Shown: positions 18,308 through 28,655 of the stretch, piece by piece | Layout: every line of letters begins with the position of its first letter | Position numbering within the stretch: position 1 is the stretch's first letter | Translations under genes and position numbers: made by a program | Assembly (NCBI GenBank): GCA_050175015.1 | Contig: JBFXJJ010000010.1 | Span: 9,987-73,986 of the forward strand | DNA: 64,000 bases | Reading direction: 5' to 3' | DNA from: Alphaproteobacteria bacterium | GTDB lineage: Bacteria; Pseudomonadota; Alphaproteobacteria; JBFXJJ01 | The notes under the pieces: generated by a model | The model's input: the letters and a program-made list of their open reading frames with translations, nothing else | The model's database searches: none | Told to the model about the DNA's origin: nothing

Positions 18308-19191
18308 AAAAAGTAATGTTACCTTTTTATAAAATTTTAAATGTCTTTAAAAATCCTGATGTGGGAAATGTTGCTGTTGTTTTTACAAATGGAGCAGGTA
18401 ACAATATTTTCCAATATATTTATGCTAGATTATTAGCCGATCATTATGGGCTAAATTTATCTTGTGATGGGCTTGATATTTTAGATGTTACTAAAACACA
18501 TTATAGAAAAAACAAAAAATTAAAAACGATAAAAATAGGCTTGGAAGAAACTGATTTTCAACAATATTTCAATATTAAAGAACCTTGTAATTTTATTGTT
18601 CATACATATCCTGAGGATTATAGGGTTTATAAGCCACACCTTGAAAAAATACGAAGTTGGTTTGATGAGGTTCCTAAAACTAATGAAGAAGACTTGGTTT
18701 TTCATTTAAGATTAGGAGATAGGCTTTTGTATAAAAGCAGCTATGAAGCTTCTATGAAAGTTGAAGCAGAAGAGTTTGTTGAGGCGTTTGAAATGTTTGA
18801 TTTTAAACGCCTACATATTGTAACTGATATGAATGTTTGGCATAGAGTAACTCCTAAAGATGTAGAAAAAATGGTTTTTCATATAAATGTTCCTGATAAT
18901 TTAAAAGTAGATTCAAGAGTATCGGCAGAATATTTTAACTCACTTTATGATGCGTTTTCTAAATTTGACCCTATAGTTAGAATAGGAAATAGCGTAAAAG
19001 ATGATTTTAATTATATGAGATCGTTTGATAAAATAATGTTTCAGCATGGAACGTTATCTTGGTGGGCGGCTGCTTTAAGTAAGGCATCTAAGGTTGGTTT
19101 TTTTGCACCTTGGAGATGCAATAAAAGAAATATGGGGCAAACAGATTTTGATGGCTGGTTCGGCTGGGGAACTAATCGTATAAAGTCATAG
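18304..19191 (+). CDS. Putative GT11-family alpha-1,2-fucosyltransferase-like glycosyltransferase
   Basis: VFHLRLGDRL resembles GT11 motif I (HxRRGDY) and GTLSWWAAAL resembles the C-terminal S(T)FSWWAAYL motif. It is adjacent to the GDP-fucose synthesis genes. Confidence 0.5.
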   Translation: MKKVMLPFYKILNVFKNPDVGNVAVVFTNGAGNNIFQYIYARLLADHYGLNLSCDGLDILDVTKTHYRKNKKLKTIKIGLEETDFQQYFNIKEPCNFIVHTYPEDYRVYKPHLEKIRSWFDEVPKTNEEDLVFHLRLGDRLLYKSSYEASMKVEAEEFVEAFEMFDFKRLHIVTDMNVWHRVTPKDVEKMVFHINVPDNLKVDSRVSAEYFNSLYDAFSKFDPIVRIGNSVKDDFNYMRSFDKIMFQHGTLSWWAAALSKASKVGFFAPWRCNKRNMGQTDFDGWFGWGTNRIKS

Positions 19192-19203
19192 TGAGTATTT
19201 GAT

Positions 19204-20316
19204 ATGGAATATATCTGGATAGGTTGTGGATTTGGTCATGAACCAGATGAAAATTTTAGGTTGTTGTTGGACAATGGAGTTTGCTGGCAACTAAAGGATA
19301 GAACTGACAATACAATGTTCCGCTATCTGGAAAAAAAAGAATGTTTTAAAGCTAACATTAAAGATTTTAAAACTAAAAATGAGAATATTTTTTATAATAA
19401 TACGTGTATAGATGAAATTTTAATTGGTTGTAAGTATGTTTTTTTTACTATTAAGCCTGAATTAGCTACAAAAAAGACATTAGCAAATGCAATAGCTATT
19501 GAAAAACATATTAATAACAAAAAACTTCCAATAAAAATTATTAATTCTCCATCTTCGTTTTCTTATCTTTGCCATAAAGATGAGTTTTATCAAGTAATGC
19601 CTCAAGATGATGTTCCAAAATATCATATAATTAATAAAATATCAGATATTGATAATATTAAATTTTCCTATCCCTTTATATTAAAGGCAAATAATTTTTC
19701 TAGTGGAAAGGGGACAAGTCTTGTATCTTCTAGAAAACAAGCAATTAAATTTTTTATAAAAATGAAGTTTGTTAAATGTTTTGGAGGATATATTTCATTT
19801 TTCAGAAATCTTATTAGAGCAAAATTTTCATACAGAGTAAAACTTGCTAATTTTATTCCAGATAAAATTATAGCGGTCGAATATTTTAATACCAAACAAA
19901 CTGAAAATTTTTATATGACGGGGCGGGTTTTTTTTCTAGGAAATAATTTATATTATGCGTATCCTCATATTTCAGCAGATGATTGGTGTGTTCATACGGA
20001 TCAGGCAAAAAACTATCTTCCTAAAAATATTTATAAATTAGCTTGCGAACGTATAAATAAAGCTGTTGTAGCTAATAAAGATAAGTTTTTAAAAGCTCAG
20101 AAAAGACTAAATATAAGTACATTAGCGTTTGATTTTCTTATAACAAAAGAAAATAGAATTAAGATTTTAGAACCAGAACTAAAGTATGGATTAGATAAAA
20201 ACTTTTTAAAGGGACAAGAAGAAGTGTATGCACTTGATCAAAAACATATTGATTGGATACAAGAAAGTATAAAGGCTAAACCAATAGTTTCGTTCGATAG
20301 TTTGTTCTTGCAATAA
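19204..20316 (+). CDS. Hypothetical protein, possibly ATP-grasp fold
   Basis: YPFILKANNFSSGKGTSLVSS resembles the ATP-grasp central segment. The assignment is weak. Confidence 0.35.
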   Translation: MEYIWIGCGFGHEPDENFRLLLDNGVCWQLKDRTDNTMFRYLEKKECFKANIKDFKTKNENIFYNNTCIDEILIGCKYVFFTIKPELATKKTLANAIAIEKHINNKKLPIKIINSPSSFSYLCHKDEFYQVMPQDDVPKYHIINKISDIDNIKFSYPFILKANNFSSGKGTSLVSSRKQAIKFFIKMKFVKCFGGYISFFRNLIRAKFSYRVKLANFIPDKIIAVEYFNTKQTENFYMTGRVFFLGNNLYYAYPHISADDWCVHTDQAKNYLPKNIYKLACERINKAVVANKDKFLKAQKRLNISTLAFDFLITKENRIKILEPELKYGLDKNFLKGQEEVYALDQKHIDWIQESIKAKPIVSFDSLFLQ

Positions 20317-20360
20317 GATATGTTCTTTAGCCAAGCATTTAAAGTTAGGAAAAATTTAAT

Positions 20361-21020
20361 ATGAAATTTGATACGAATTTAACGTACGATACTAGAGAGA
20401 ATAAATCTAAGTATATCTGGGAAAAATATCAAACAATCTTAAAAGGAAAGATATTAGATGTTGGTGCAGATGAATGCGTTTTAAAAAAACATCTACCTAA
20501 AGATGTTGAATATACAGGAATAGGTTTAGGGGGCTCAGTTGATATTGAAATTAATTTAGAAAAGGAAGAAATTCCTTTTAAGAAAGATGAATTTGATTGT
20601 GTATTATGTTTAGAAACGCTTGAGCATTTAGACAATTTTCATGCTGTTTTTGATAAGCTTTGCAGCATTACTAATAAATATTTGGTTGTTTCCTTACCTA
20701 ATCCTTGGCAATCCTTCATAAATTGCCTTAATAAAGGTAATTATAAGGGGACAACTCTTCCTATGAAATTTTATAATTTGCCTATTGATAAGCCTATAGA
20801 TAGACACAAGTGGTTTTATGGATTGCATGAAGCTGAAAATTTTTTGGTTGAATGTGGGAAAAGAAACAGTATGAAAGTTGTTCAAATCGATAGAATTTCT
20901 CCTAAAGGAATAAGAACATTTATTTTAAGAAGTTTTTTATCTTTGGTTGTTCATAAAGATATAAAGGTGAAAGATCTTTTAGATAGTACGTTATGGGTTG
21001 TTTTGTGTAAAGAAGAGTAG
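20361..21020 (+). CDS. Class I SAM-dependent methyltransferase
   Basis: ILDVGADECVL (motif I) and CLETLEHLDNF. Confidence 0.6.
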   Translation: MKFDTNLTYDTRENKSKYIWEKYQTILKGKILDVGADECVLKKHLPKDVEYTGIGLGGSVDIEINLEKEEIPFKKDEFDCVLCLETLEHLDNFHAVFDKLCSITNKYLVVSLPNPWQSFINCLNKGNYKGTTLPMKFYNLPIDKPIDRHKWFYGLHEAENFLVECGKRNSMKVVQIDRISPKGIRTFILRSFLSLVVHKDIKVKDLLDSTLWVVLCKEE

Positions 21021-21025
21021 TTATT

Positions 21026-21868
21026 ATGAATGAAATTAAAGAAACATCAGATTTGTATGGTACATCATATCAAGAACAGCAGGCCGAAAAATATAGGAAC
21101 AGAGAAAACAATCATTGGAAAGCAAGGTTAGATATTGCTGATGAACTTTATAATAAGTACGTTAAGCCTTCTTTCGAAAGTAAATCAAATAAAGATGTTG
21201 TTTTTGTTGATATTGGCTGTTCTATAGGGACTTTTGCAATAGAATTTGCGAAAAAAGGTCTTAAGACATATGGCATTGATTTTGATAATTCTGCTTTAGA
21301 AATAGCTCGGAACTTAGCCAAAGAAGAGAATGTTTCTCCAACGTTTGTTTGTGGTGATGTTTCTAATTGGAGCGAAAATTTTCCAGAAATAGATATTGCT
21401 GCTTGTTTTGACATTTTTGAGCACTTGCACGATGATGAACTAGGTTCATTTTTAATAGCTATAAAGAAAAACCTCTCCTCTAGAGGGTGTATTATTTTTA
21501 ATACGTTTCCAGCTCAATATGATTATATGTTTTTTGATGACAGCTTATTTAGTAAATTTTTTAAAGTGTTTAAAAATTTAAAGCCAACAAAGTTCTCCAA
21601 ATTGGTAAGGATCATGCAAGCTTTATATGATGTTTATTTATTGTTTAGCCAAGGCGTTACATACCAAGAAAAAATAAAAAAAGCAAAACACTGTAACCCA
21701 ACAACAAAAGAACGACTAACTGACATCTTTGAGCGTTCTGGTTATGAAATAGTTTTTATCGATAATTCAAATCTTTATAATACTGAAATTGAAAAGCAAA
21801 ATATATTTAAAAAACAGCCTATAACTTATCGTAATATTTATGGCGTTGTTAAGCCTAAAAACCCATAA
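21026..21868 (+). CDS. Class I SAM-dependent methyltransferase
   Basis: VFVDIGCSIGTFAIEFAKKGLKTYGIDFDNSALEIAR and CFDIFEHL. Confidence 0.6.
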   Translation: MNEIKETSDLYGTSYQEQQAEKYRNRENNHWKARLDIADELYNKYVKPSFESKSNKDVVFVDIGCSIGTFAIEFAKKGLKTYGIDFDNSALEIARNLAKEENVSPTFVCGDVSNWSENFPEIDIAACFDIFEHLHDDELGSFLIAIKKNLSSRGCIIFNTFPAQYDYMFFDDSLFSKFFKVFKNLKPTKFSKLVRIMQALYDVYLLFSQGVTYQEKIKKAKHCNPTTKERLTDIFERSGYEIVFIDNSNLYNTEIEKQNIFKKQPITYRNIYGVVKPKNP

Positions 21869-22982
21869 GTTTTAAATATTGATCTGCTATATTATTTATA
21901 TTGTGATGGGCTATGGTTAATTTTACTTGCTCTTTAGAAAAATTAGCATTTATAGTTTTGATAATGTTTTCTGCCATTTTATCAGTATCTCCGACTGGGG
22001 TTAAAAAGCCGTTTTTCCCATCAATGATTAACTCTGAAGGTCCACTTGGACAATTTGTTGCAACAGATGGGCAGCCACAGCCTAGCGCCTGAACTAGCAT
22101 ATTCGGCATTCCTTCATGGAGAGACGAAAGCACGAAGACATCAGCTTTATCCATAAAGGCAAATGGGTTTTCGGTGTATCCCATCAAATCGATTTTATTT
22201 TCTATTTGTAAATCTTTTATTAGCGTTTCAAGGTTTGGTCTTTCAATGCCATCTCCCATAATTATAAGTTTAGCATCTAGTGTTTTTAATACCTTGGAAA
22301 AAGCCTTGATAAGCGTTGGAAAATCTTTTACCTTTGCTAATCTTCCTCCAGATATGACAACAGGCGTTTCTTTGTTTTCGAGCCAGATATGACCTGTCGA
22401 CAGTTTTGATTTTTCATCAGAATAACTAGGGATAGGATTAACAATCGTAGTAACATTTTTAATTCCAAATGTGTTTTCTAAATCAAACTTTACGCCATTA
22501 GATGGGGCATGTATTCCATCAGCAAGAGGGTATAAAACCTTTGAAAAAAGAGGAACAATATATTTATAGGCAAATGAATTATATGTTTTTTTCGCTCCAG
22601 AAGGTGTTGTTGCTTCGCTTATAAATACTTTGCAAGGTTTTCCAAGTATAACATTATATAAGCAGCATAAAAAATTAGCGGTATTAATAATTGAGAAGAT
22701 TGTTTTTGGTTTATCTTTCCTCATATAATTAAAAAGTTTAAATACAGAATGTCTCATTCTCTTTGATTTAAAATCAACAAAGTTAATATTTTTATGCATA
22801 ATATTAGTATGTGCGTGAATATCAAAATCTTTGTTTTGAGGGGTCTTTAATGCAACGAAGTCAACAGAATAGCCTTTTTCTGCAATTTTGGATGCAATAT
22901 CTATCATCACTCTTTCTGCGCCGCCAAAACCTGCTAAATTAGGAACAATAAAAGCGATGTCTGGCTGTTTTAGTTTACTCAT
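21855..22982 (-). CDS. Glycosyltransferase family 4
   Basis: GGAERVMIDIASKIAEKGYSV N-terminus; C-terminal EGMPNMLVQALGCGCPSVATNCPSGPSELI. Paralog of 27549..28655. Confidence 0.85.
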   Translation of the reverse strand: MSKLKQPDIAFIVPNLAGFGGAERVMIDIASKIAEKGYSVDFVALKTPQNKDFDIHAHTNIMHKNINFVDFKSKRMRHSVFKLFNYMRKDKPKTIFSIINTANFLCCLYNVILGKPCKVFISEATTPSGAKKTYNSFAYKYIVPLFSKVLYPLADGIHAPSNGVKFDLENTFGIKNVTTIVNPIPSYSDEKSKLSTGHIWLENKETPVVISGGRLAKVKDFPTLIKAFSKVLKTLDAKLIIMGDGIERPNLETLIKDLQIENKIDLMGYTENPFAFMDKADVFVLSSLHEGMPNMLVQALGCGCPSVATNCPSGPSELIIDGKNGFLTPVGDTDKMAENIIKTINANFSKEQVKLTIAHHNINNIADQYLKLMGF

Positions 22983-24168
22983 TTTTTAAAAGCTCCAGTA
23001 TTTTTTTAGTTATGAATGTATGGCTAGCATATTTTTCAACATATTCACGACCATTTTTCCCCATTTGTTGCCGTTGTTCTTTGTTGTTTATAAGCTCTTG
23101 TACGCTTTGGGCAAATTCTTTAGGGGCGTTTGGTGGTACTACTGCAAAAGCGTTAGTTTCTTTTGCAAGGTTATCAAGAGGAGATCCTTCATTTGCGGTA
23201 CAAATTGCAGTTCTTCCTGAGGCCATAATTAAATATAATTTGCTAGGGACTGCGGAATTAGCCCCTTCAGGTATTTGCGGGACAAGATGAATTGTTCCTT
23301 CGCTTAAACTTTCATTTAGCTTTTCAATTTTTTCTAGGTCTTTAAAAAAGACATTATCTAATTCTTTAGCTTGTTCTTTGATAATATTTTCTTGGTTTCC
23401 TTTTCCTCTAAGTATGATTCTTACACCAGGCATAGTAATTTTTAGAATTTTAGCTAAATCTAAAATTTGGTACAATCCTTGCTTGCGGCCAAAATTGCCA
23501 CTATAAAGCAGAGTGTCTTTTTCTTTGTCAGGTAAAGGAAAAATCTTATAGGTATTTATATGGGGCGGTAAAATTATAATTGGTTTTTTTATCTTATTTT
23601 TTTTTAGTTCTTTTTTCATTCCTTCGGATAAAGTAATAATTTTATCCGCTTTATTAAATGAAACTCTCTCAACAAATTTTATAATACCACTAAGAAAAGA
23701 TGCGCCTTTAAATTTTAGGTTTACACCAAGCTCGGAAGGAATATCGTGGATTATAGTTATATGGCAGCCTTTTTTGGAATAGAAAAAGTTAGCTAAAAAG
23801 GGGACAAACATTGAGGGGCATAAAGAAATAACATAATCATATTTTGTATGTTTGGTAAAAGCTTCTTTAAGAAGCATAACGCCAAAAAAAAATTCAGATA
23901 TAAGTCTTGCAAAAATGCCGCCATTTTTAGTGGGAATAGCTTTTAACCTTTTAATGGTTACATTGTTTATCTTCTCATTGTCCTTTTCTCCATTTTCATA
24001 TCCATTAAAGATGCTACCGATAGGATAACTAGGACGGGTTGTTATAACATTAACATCCCAGTTTTCTTTTGCTATGTTTTCGCAAATATCGGTTATAACT
24101 GGAGGAGAGCCAATCGGTTCAGGGGCATAAAATTGGCTAATAACCAGAATTTTATTTTTTTTGTGCAT
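22975..24168 (-). CDS. Glycosyltransferase family 4 (WcaI-like)
   Basis: KILVISQFYAPEPIGSPPVITDI N-terminus, typical of WcaI-type GT4. 397 aa. Confidence 0.8.
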   Translation of the reverse strand: MHKKNKILVISQFYAPEPIGSPPVITDICENIAKENWDVNVITTRPSYPIGSIFNGYENGEKDNEKINNVTIKRLKAIPTKNGGIFARLISEFFFGVMLLKEAFTKHTKYDYVISLCPSMFVPFLANFFYSKKGCHITIIHDIPSELGVNLKFKGASFLSGIIKFVERVSFNKADKIITLSEGMKKELKKNKIKKPIIILPPHINTYKIFPLPDKEKDTLLYSGNFGRKQGLYQILDLAKILKITMPGVRIILRGKGNQENIIKEQAKELDNVFFKDLEKIEKLNESLSEGTIHLVPQIPEGANSAVPSKLYLIMASGRTAICTANEGSPLDNLAKETNAFAVVPPNAPKEFAQSVQELINNKEQRQQMGKNGREYVEKYASHTFITKKILELLKNE

Positions 24169-25075
24169 TTTTTTCTTTTTTGAAATGAATATTAAAAGCC
24201 ATTTTTAAAATTATAAGAGAAAACGCAATAACAATACTTATAAACGAAAAAATAATAAGGACTAGTTTGACGTTAGGAGATGATGGTATTTTTTCTACAG
24301 ATGGTTTTGAAATAACTTTAGAGTGGGGATTTTCAGACATATTAATAAGCATTAAATCCGTTTGTTTGTTAACGAGCAAATTAATTAAAATGTCTTTCAT
24401 AAAAAGTTTGTTAGAATTATTAAAACTATTAGAAATAGAGTTTATAGAATTCTCGGTTTCTTCTCTTTGTTCTTCAATATATATTTTATTAGCGGTTTCA
24501 TAAACATTGGTTAGGAGCCATAATGCAAACTTAGGATCTATATCTTTTACAGATACTGTTGTAACCCCCATTTCAGAATTTATTTCGATGGTTTTATTTA
24601 AGTAGTCAGATAAACTGAAGATGTCAAGTTTAGCAGATATAGGCATACCTATAATCTTTTTTATAATATTAACTATAGAGAAAGTAGGTTCAGAAGAAAC
24701 AAACGCTTGCTCTTTTTCGTCCCAGTTATTAGCAAAAATCTTTTTCATTAGCTGGTGCTCTTGATCTAGCTTAAGAGCGGTTTCATAAGAACTCATTTTT
24801 ATAAGAAAAATATCAAACTCAGAAACTGTTTGTTTTTGAGTTAGTCCAAAATTTGATAACAAACTGCTAGATTGAATGTTTACTTGGGCTTTTTCTCTAG
24901 GAACAATCTGCATAGATGCTTTATACAATATCGGTGATTTTGACAAGTTGTAAGACGCAATAATGAAGAAGAATAAAAAACATAAAGGAAAAAAGTACCA
25001 ATTTTTAATGATATTGGTAACAATTTCTTTTAGGGCAATCATATACGGATCGTCATATTTTGCTTCTTCAGACAT
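24152..25075 (-). CDS. wzz: Wzz-like polysaccharide chain-length determinant (PCP family)
   Basis: N-terminal TM (NWYFFPLCFLFFFIIASYNL) followed by KSPILYKASMQIV, a periplasmic segment, and a C-terminal TM (LVLIIFSFISIVIAFSLIIL). This is the two-TM Wzz topology. Confidence 0.65.
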   Translation of the reverse strand: MSEEAKYDDPYMIALKEIVTNIIKNWYFFPLCFLFFFIIASYNLSKSPILYKASMQIVPREKAQVNIQSSSLLSNFGLTQKQTVSEFDIFLIKMSSYETALKLDQEHQLMKKIFANNWDEKEQAFVSSEPTFSIVNIIKKIIGMPISAKLDIFSLSDYLNKTIEINSEMGVTTVSVKDIDPKFALWLLTNVYETANKIYIEEQREETENSINSISNSFNNSNKLFMKDILINLLVNKQTDLMLINMSENPHSKVISKPSVEKIPSSPNVKLVLIIFSFISIVIAFSLIILKMAFNIHFKKEKNAQKK

Positions 25076-25093
25076 CTCAAATAATTCCTTTTC

Positions 25094-26374
25094 TTATGAT
25101 GTTTTTTTATACTCACTTTTTTTCAAAATAAAAACAAGAAATATTATAAAAGGAATCACACTTCTTGTTATTAAAAAGAACTCTGTTGCCAAATTTGCTA
25201 ATCCATAATTAAAGCATGAAACTAAAGCGGCATTAAATAATATAAAATTTTTAGATGTTATCGATAAGTTATAAAATCTTTTTAAAACGACAAATAAAAA
25301 TAAAAAGAACATTACGCATCCTAATAAACCAGTTTGTATAATTAAAGAAGCTATAAGGTTGTCATACCACTTGTTTCCAGCAACAAGGCTTATTCCTATA
25401 AAGAAGGGCCCCTCAAAAACAATTTCATTAAAAGCACTAACAACGCTTCCTACTCGTCCTTTTTCGCTGCCGCCATATGTTAGTATATTAAAAGCTCTAT
25501 TAATTAATTGGGTTAACGTATGAGATTCTTGAGAATACCAAATCAAAAAACTGACAAATGCAGCAAAAATTAAAAAGCCCAAAAGAGAGATAAGTAATGT
25601 TGATGGACTTATCTTTAAGTGTTTTTTTCTATAAAAAAAAGTAAAAAAGTTAACTATAAGAAATAATATAAAAGAAAGAGAAAAACTTACAATTCCATTT
25701 CTGGAACCCGTTAGGACAAGAGCTCCACCCATAAGAATTATAACAACTACAGCCGCTATTCTTCCTATCTTTATAAAATTATAACGCCAAGCGATAATAA
25801 ATTGAATAATAGCTAAAGAAATGTAAGCACTATAAACATGCCCAGCATGTTTTTGACCACTTTCGATTATTGAATATCTAGTAAAAGGAAAATTGGGTCT
25901 TATCTGAGCTCCATGGAGCATATTGTGTGTTACAAGAAAAAAATGAATATAAACGAAAAGGCTTGTTACTATAATAAAAAATATGTGTAACTTAATAAAT
26001 TGGTTAATTCTATTATTTGATAAGGGAGCATCTTTTAAGGCAATAAATAAGAGAAAAGGCATAAAAAATTTATAAATGGCACCTAAATTTGTAATTTTTA
26101 AATTAGAATAGTGAGAGGCACCATATCCTAGACTTAGTGCAAATAAAATTGCAAGGATGCATAATATAGCTAAAAGGGCGTCCAATCGTATTTTTCCAAA
26201 AAGAAAAGATGAAGCTAAAGTAATAAGTATTATAACATCAACAGGTCTAACTGTTGCTATTAAATCAAAATTTACCGAATGAAGCGAAATAATTAGAAAA
26301 AGGCAAACCTCCATTATAACCATATAGAGGCTTTGGCGTTTTTCTTCGTTGCTAATCATTATTTCTTTATCCAT
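25094..26374 (-). CDS. O-antigen polymerase/ligase-family polytopic membrane protein (Wzy-like)
   Basis: 426 aa with about 10-12 TM segments and a LTGSRNG-containing loop, located within the glycan locus. Confidence 0.55.
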   Translation of the reverse strand: MDKEIMISNEEKRQSLYMVIMEVCLFLIISLHSVNFDLIATVRPVDVIILITLASSFLFGKIRLDALLAILCILAILFALSLGYGASHYSNLKITNLGAIYKFFMPFLLFIALKDAPLSNNRINQFIKLHIFFIIVTSLFVYIHFFLVTHNMLHGAQIRPNFPFTRYSIIESGQKHAGHVYSAYISLAIIQFIIAWRYNFIKIGRIAAVVVIILMGGALVLTGSRNGIVSFSLSFILFLIVNFFTFFYRKKHLKISPSTLLISLLGFLIFAAFVSFLIWYSQESHTLTQLINRAFNILTYGGSEKGRVGSVVSAFNEIVFEGPFFIGISLVAGNKWYDNLIASLIIQTGLLGCVMFFLFLFVVLKRFYNLSITSKNFILFNAALVSCFNYGLANLATEFFLITRSVIPFIIFLVFILKKSEYKKTS

Positions 26375-27546
26375 TTAGGTTTAATTTTGTTTATAAGATT
26401 AGGGAGTTTTTTTAATATTATAACGATAGGTAAAAACAAAGCATCAAAAGGAGACAAATCTCCTGCAAAAAATAATAGTCTTGCAAATCTTTGTTTTAAG
26501 TTCAATTTTTTTGTATCAGAAATCTTAAAAAGTTTGAACTCAGAACTTTCTTTTATACTGTTTATAATATTGGCATCTTGAGGTTTCATTGTTCTAGAAA
26601 AATGAGCAAGCGCATTGTTTCCATCTTTGCAAGTTAAAATATATCCATCTTTAAATTCAGATATATTTTTGGCTCCGTACAAATCAATAACAAGATTATC
26701 GTTCTTATCTATTGGTAAAAGATTTCTTATTTTGGAAGATAAAATTTCTCCCCAGCCATCATATATAGCCAGCGATTTTTCCAAGCTTATAAAACTCCAT
26801 TTCTTTTCACCATAAAGGAGTTGGTTCTGAAAAGTTGTGGTTGCATAAGCATAATGAGTGCCTCTGTCTCCAAAATTGCTTGTAAGGCTAATTCTTGGAT
26901 AAACAAAAAATAAATCTTGATGAGCCATATATGATACAAACAATTTTTTCCAAGAACTTTCAGCCCAAATTCTAACATTTGAAGGTATTGCGGGGTGGTT
27001 CATTGGAATGTTGTTATCACATTCTTTGAGCCATATTTTAAAAGATTTCCATTGTTTAGATGTCCATGCCTGTCCACAAGAAGATGGAAGCTGCATAAAA
27101 TAAATGTCTGTTCCATCATTGATAGGAGAGAAGGGGAAACCAGCGGTTTCATTGTAGCTTGGTGAAAACAAAGAAATTCCAGCAATTTTTTCATCATTTT
27201 GATAATAAGATATACAGTTTTCTGCATAATCTGGAAAATATGGTGAAACGTAAAGATCATCTTCAAGCATAATTATAGAACCATACTTATCCGATAAATC
27301 TCCAGCCCATAGGATATGTTTTCTCAATCCTTTTTGTTCAGAGTGAACAATCACTTCTTTTTCACCATATTGCCAATTAAATTGGTTCGCAACATCTATG
27401 ACATCTGAGAATTTTCCAGAATCTATACTTATGATTAATTTGACATCATCATGATTACCAAATTTAGCTTTGGCTAAAGAGGTAAGTAATCTTAAAAGAG
27501 CATCGGAGCGATTATAAGCTATGACAACTATAGCGGGGAAAGACAT
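26359..27546 (-). CDS. Glycosyltransferase family 2
   Basis: FPAIVVIAYNRSDALLRLLTSL N-terminal GT-A segment; DxD-like region LEDDLYVSP. Confidence 0.7.
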   Translation of the reverse strand: MSFPAIVVIAYNRSDALLRLLTSLAKAKFGNHDDVKLIISIDSGKFSDVIDVANQFNWQYGEKEVIVHSEQKGLRKHILWAGDLSDKYGSIIMLEDDLYVSPYFPDYAENCISYYQNDEKIAGISLFSPSYNETAGFPFSPINDGTDIYFMQLPSSCGQAWTSKQWKSFKIWLKECDNNIPMNHPAIPSNVRIWAESSWKKLFVSYMAHQDLFFVYPRISLTSNFGDRGTHYAYATTTFQNQLLYGEKKWSFISLEKSLAIYDGWGEILSSKIRNLLPIDKNDNLVIDLYGAKNISEFKDGYILTCKDGNNALAHFSRTMKPQDANIINSIKESSEFKLFKISDTKKLNLKQRFARLLFFAGDLSPFDALFLPIVIILKKLPNLINKIKPKWIKK

Positions 27547-27548
27547 TT

Positions 27549-28655
27549 TTATAAAACTCCAAAAGTTTTTAAATATTGATTGCTAATATTTTCTATTTTA
27601 TGGCTGGAAACGCTCGCTATTATTTGATCTTTATCAAAGTTTGTATCGAGAGCAGTTAAAATTTTTTCTGCCATTTTATCTTCATCTCCAACAGGAGTTA
27701 AAAAGCCATTTTCTCCGTCTTTTATTAATTCTGATGGACCGCTTGGACAATTTGTTGAAACCGATGGGCATCCACAAGCTAATGCTTGGAGCAGCATATT
27801 GGGCATACCTTCTCTAATTGATGATAAAACAAATAAATCTGATTTAGCTAAAAATGCAAATGGGTTGCTGATTTGACCGATTAAATCTACGTTTTCTTTT
27901 AAATCAAGCTCTGCAATTAACTGTTCTAGCTTATTTCTATCGGCTCCTTCTCCCATAATAATCAAGTTGACATCTTTTTTGGTTCTAACCTTAGCAAAAG
28001 CCTTTATAAGTAACGAAAAGTTTTTTTGCTCACACAGTCGTCCGCCTGCGACAATTAGAGGCAGAGCTTTATTGTTAAGCCATTTATGTTCTGCTGGTTC
28101 TTGTGATTTTGTTTGTAAATCGTAAGGAATGGGGTTAGGGATAGTTATAACATTTTTGACATTATATACTTTTCTTAGATCTTCAGCTACTCCCATAGAA
28201 GGGCAGATAACCCCTTTGGTGAATTTATATAAAAACTTCAAAACAACAGCTTTATTTTTACTGTTTTTTTGTTCTGCCTCTACCGATGATGTGTTTGCAA
28301 CCCTCACAAAAAGTTTGCCTATTCTTCCTGCAAGAAGATAAGCCAGAATGCATACAATATTGGAGTAGTTCAATGTTGATATTGAAACTTTGGGTTTTCG
28401 GCTTTTTAGATATTGGGCTAGTTTAAAAATACTTTGCCTTAGTCTTTTAGCACCAGGATAAACTATTTCAATTCTAGCATCTAAAACAGATTCATAGATA
28501 TTTTTGCCATAATTATCGGGCCACCTAACCATAACAAAGTCAACATTTAGCCCTTTGCGGGCAAAGGAATTGGCAAGTTCAACAAAAGCATTTTCTGCAC
28601 CAGAAATAATTTTACTTTCGGTAATAAAAAAAGATATATCAGGCTGTCTAGTCAT
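27549..28655 (-). CDS. Glycosyltransferase family 4 (paralog of 21855..22982)
   Basis: C-terminal EGMPNMLLQALACGCPSVSTNCPSGPSELIKDGENGFLTPVGDEDKMAEKI is near-identical to the other GT4. Confidence 0.85.
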   Translation of the reverse strand: MTRQPDISFFITESKIISGAENAFVELANSFARKGLNVDFVMVRWPDNYGKNIYESVLDARIEIVYPGAKRLRQSIFKLAQYLKSRKPKVSISTLNYSNIVCILAYLLAGRIGKLFVRVANTSSVEAEQKNSKNKAVVLKFLYKFTKGVICPSMGVAEDLRKVYNVKNVITIPNPIPYDLQTKSQEPAEHKWLNNKALPLIVAGGRLCEQKNFSLLIKAFAKVRTKKDVNLIIMGEGADRNKLEQLIAELDLKENVDLIGQISNPFAFLAKSDLFVLSSIREGMPNMLLQALACGCPSVSTNCPSGPSELIKDGENGFLTPVGDEDKMAEKILTALDTNFDKDQIIASVSSHKIENISNQYLKTFGVL

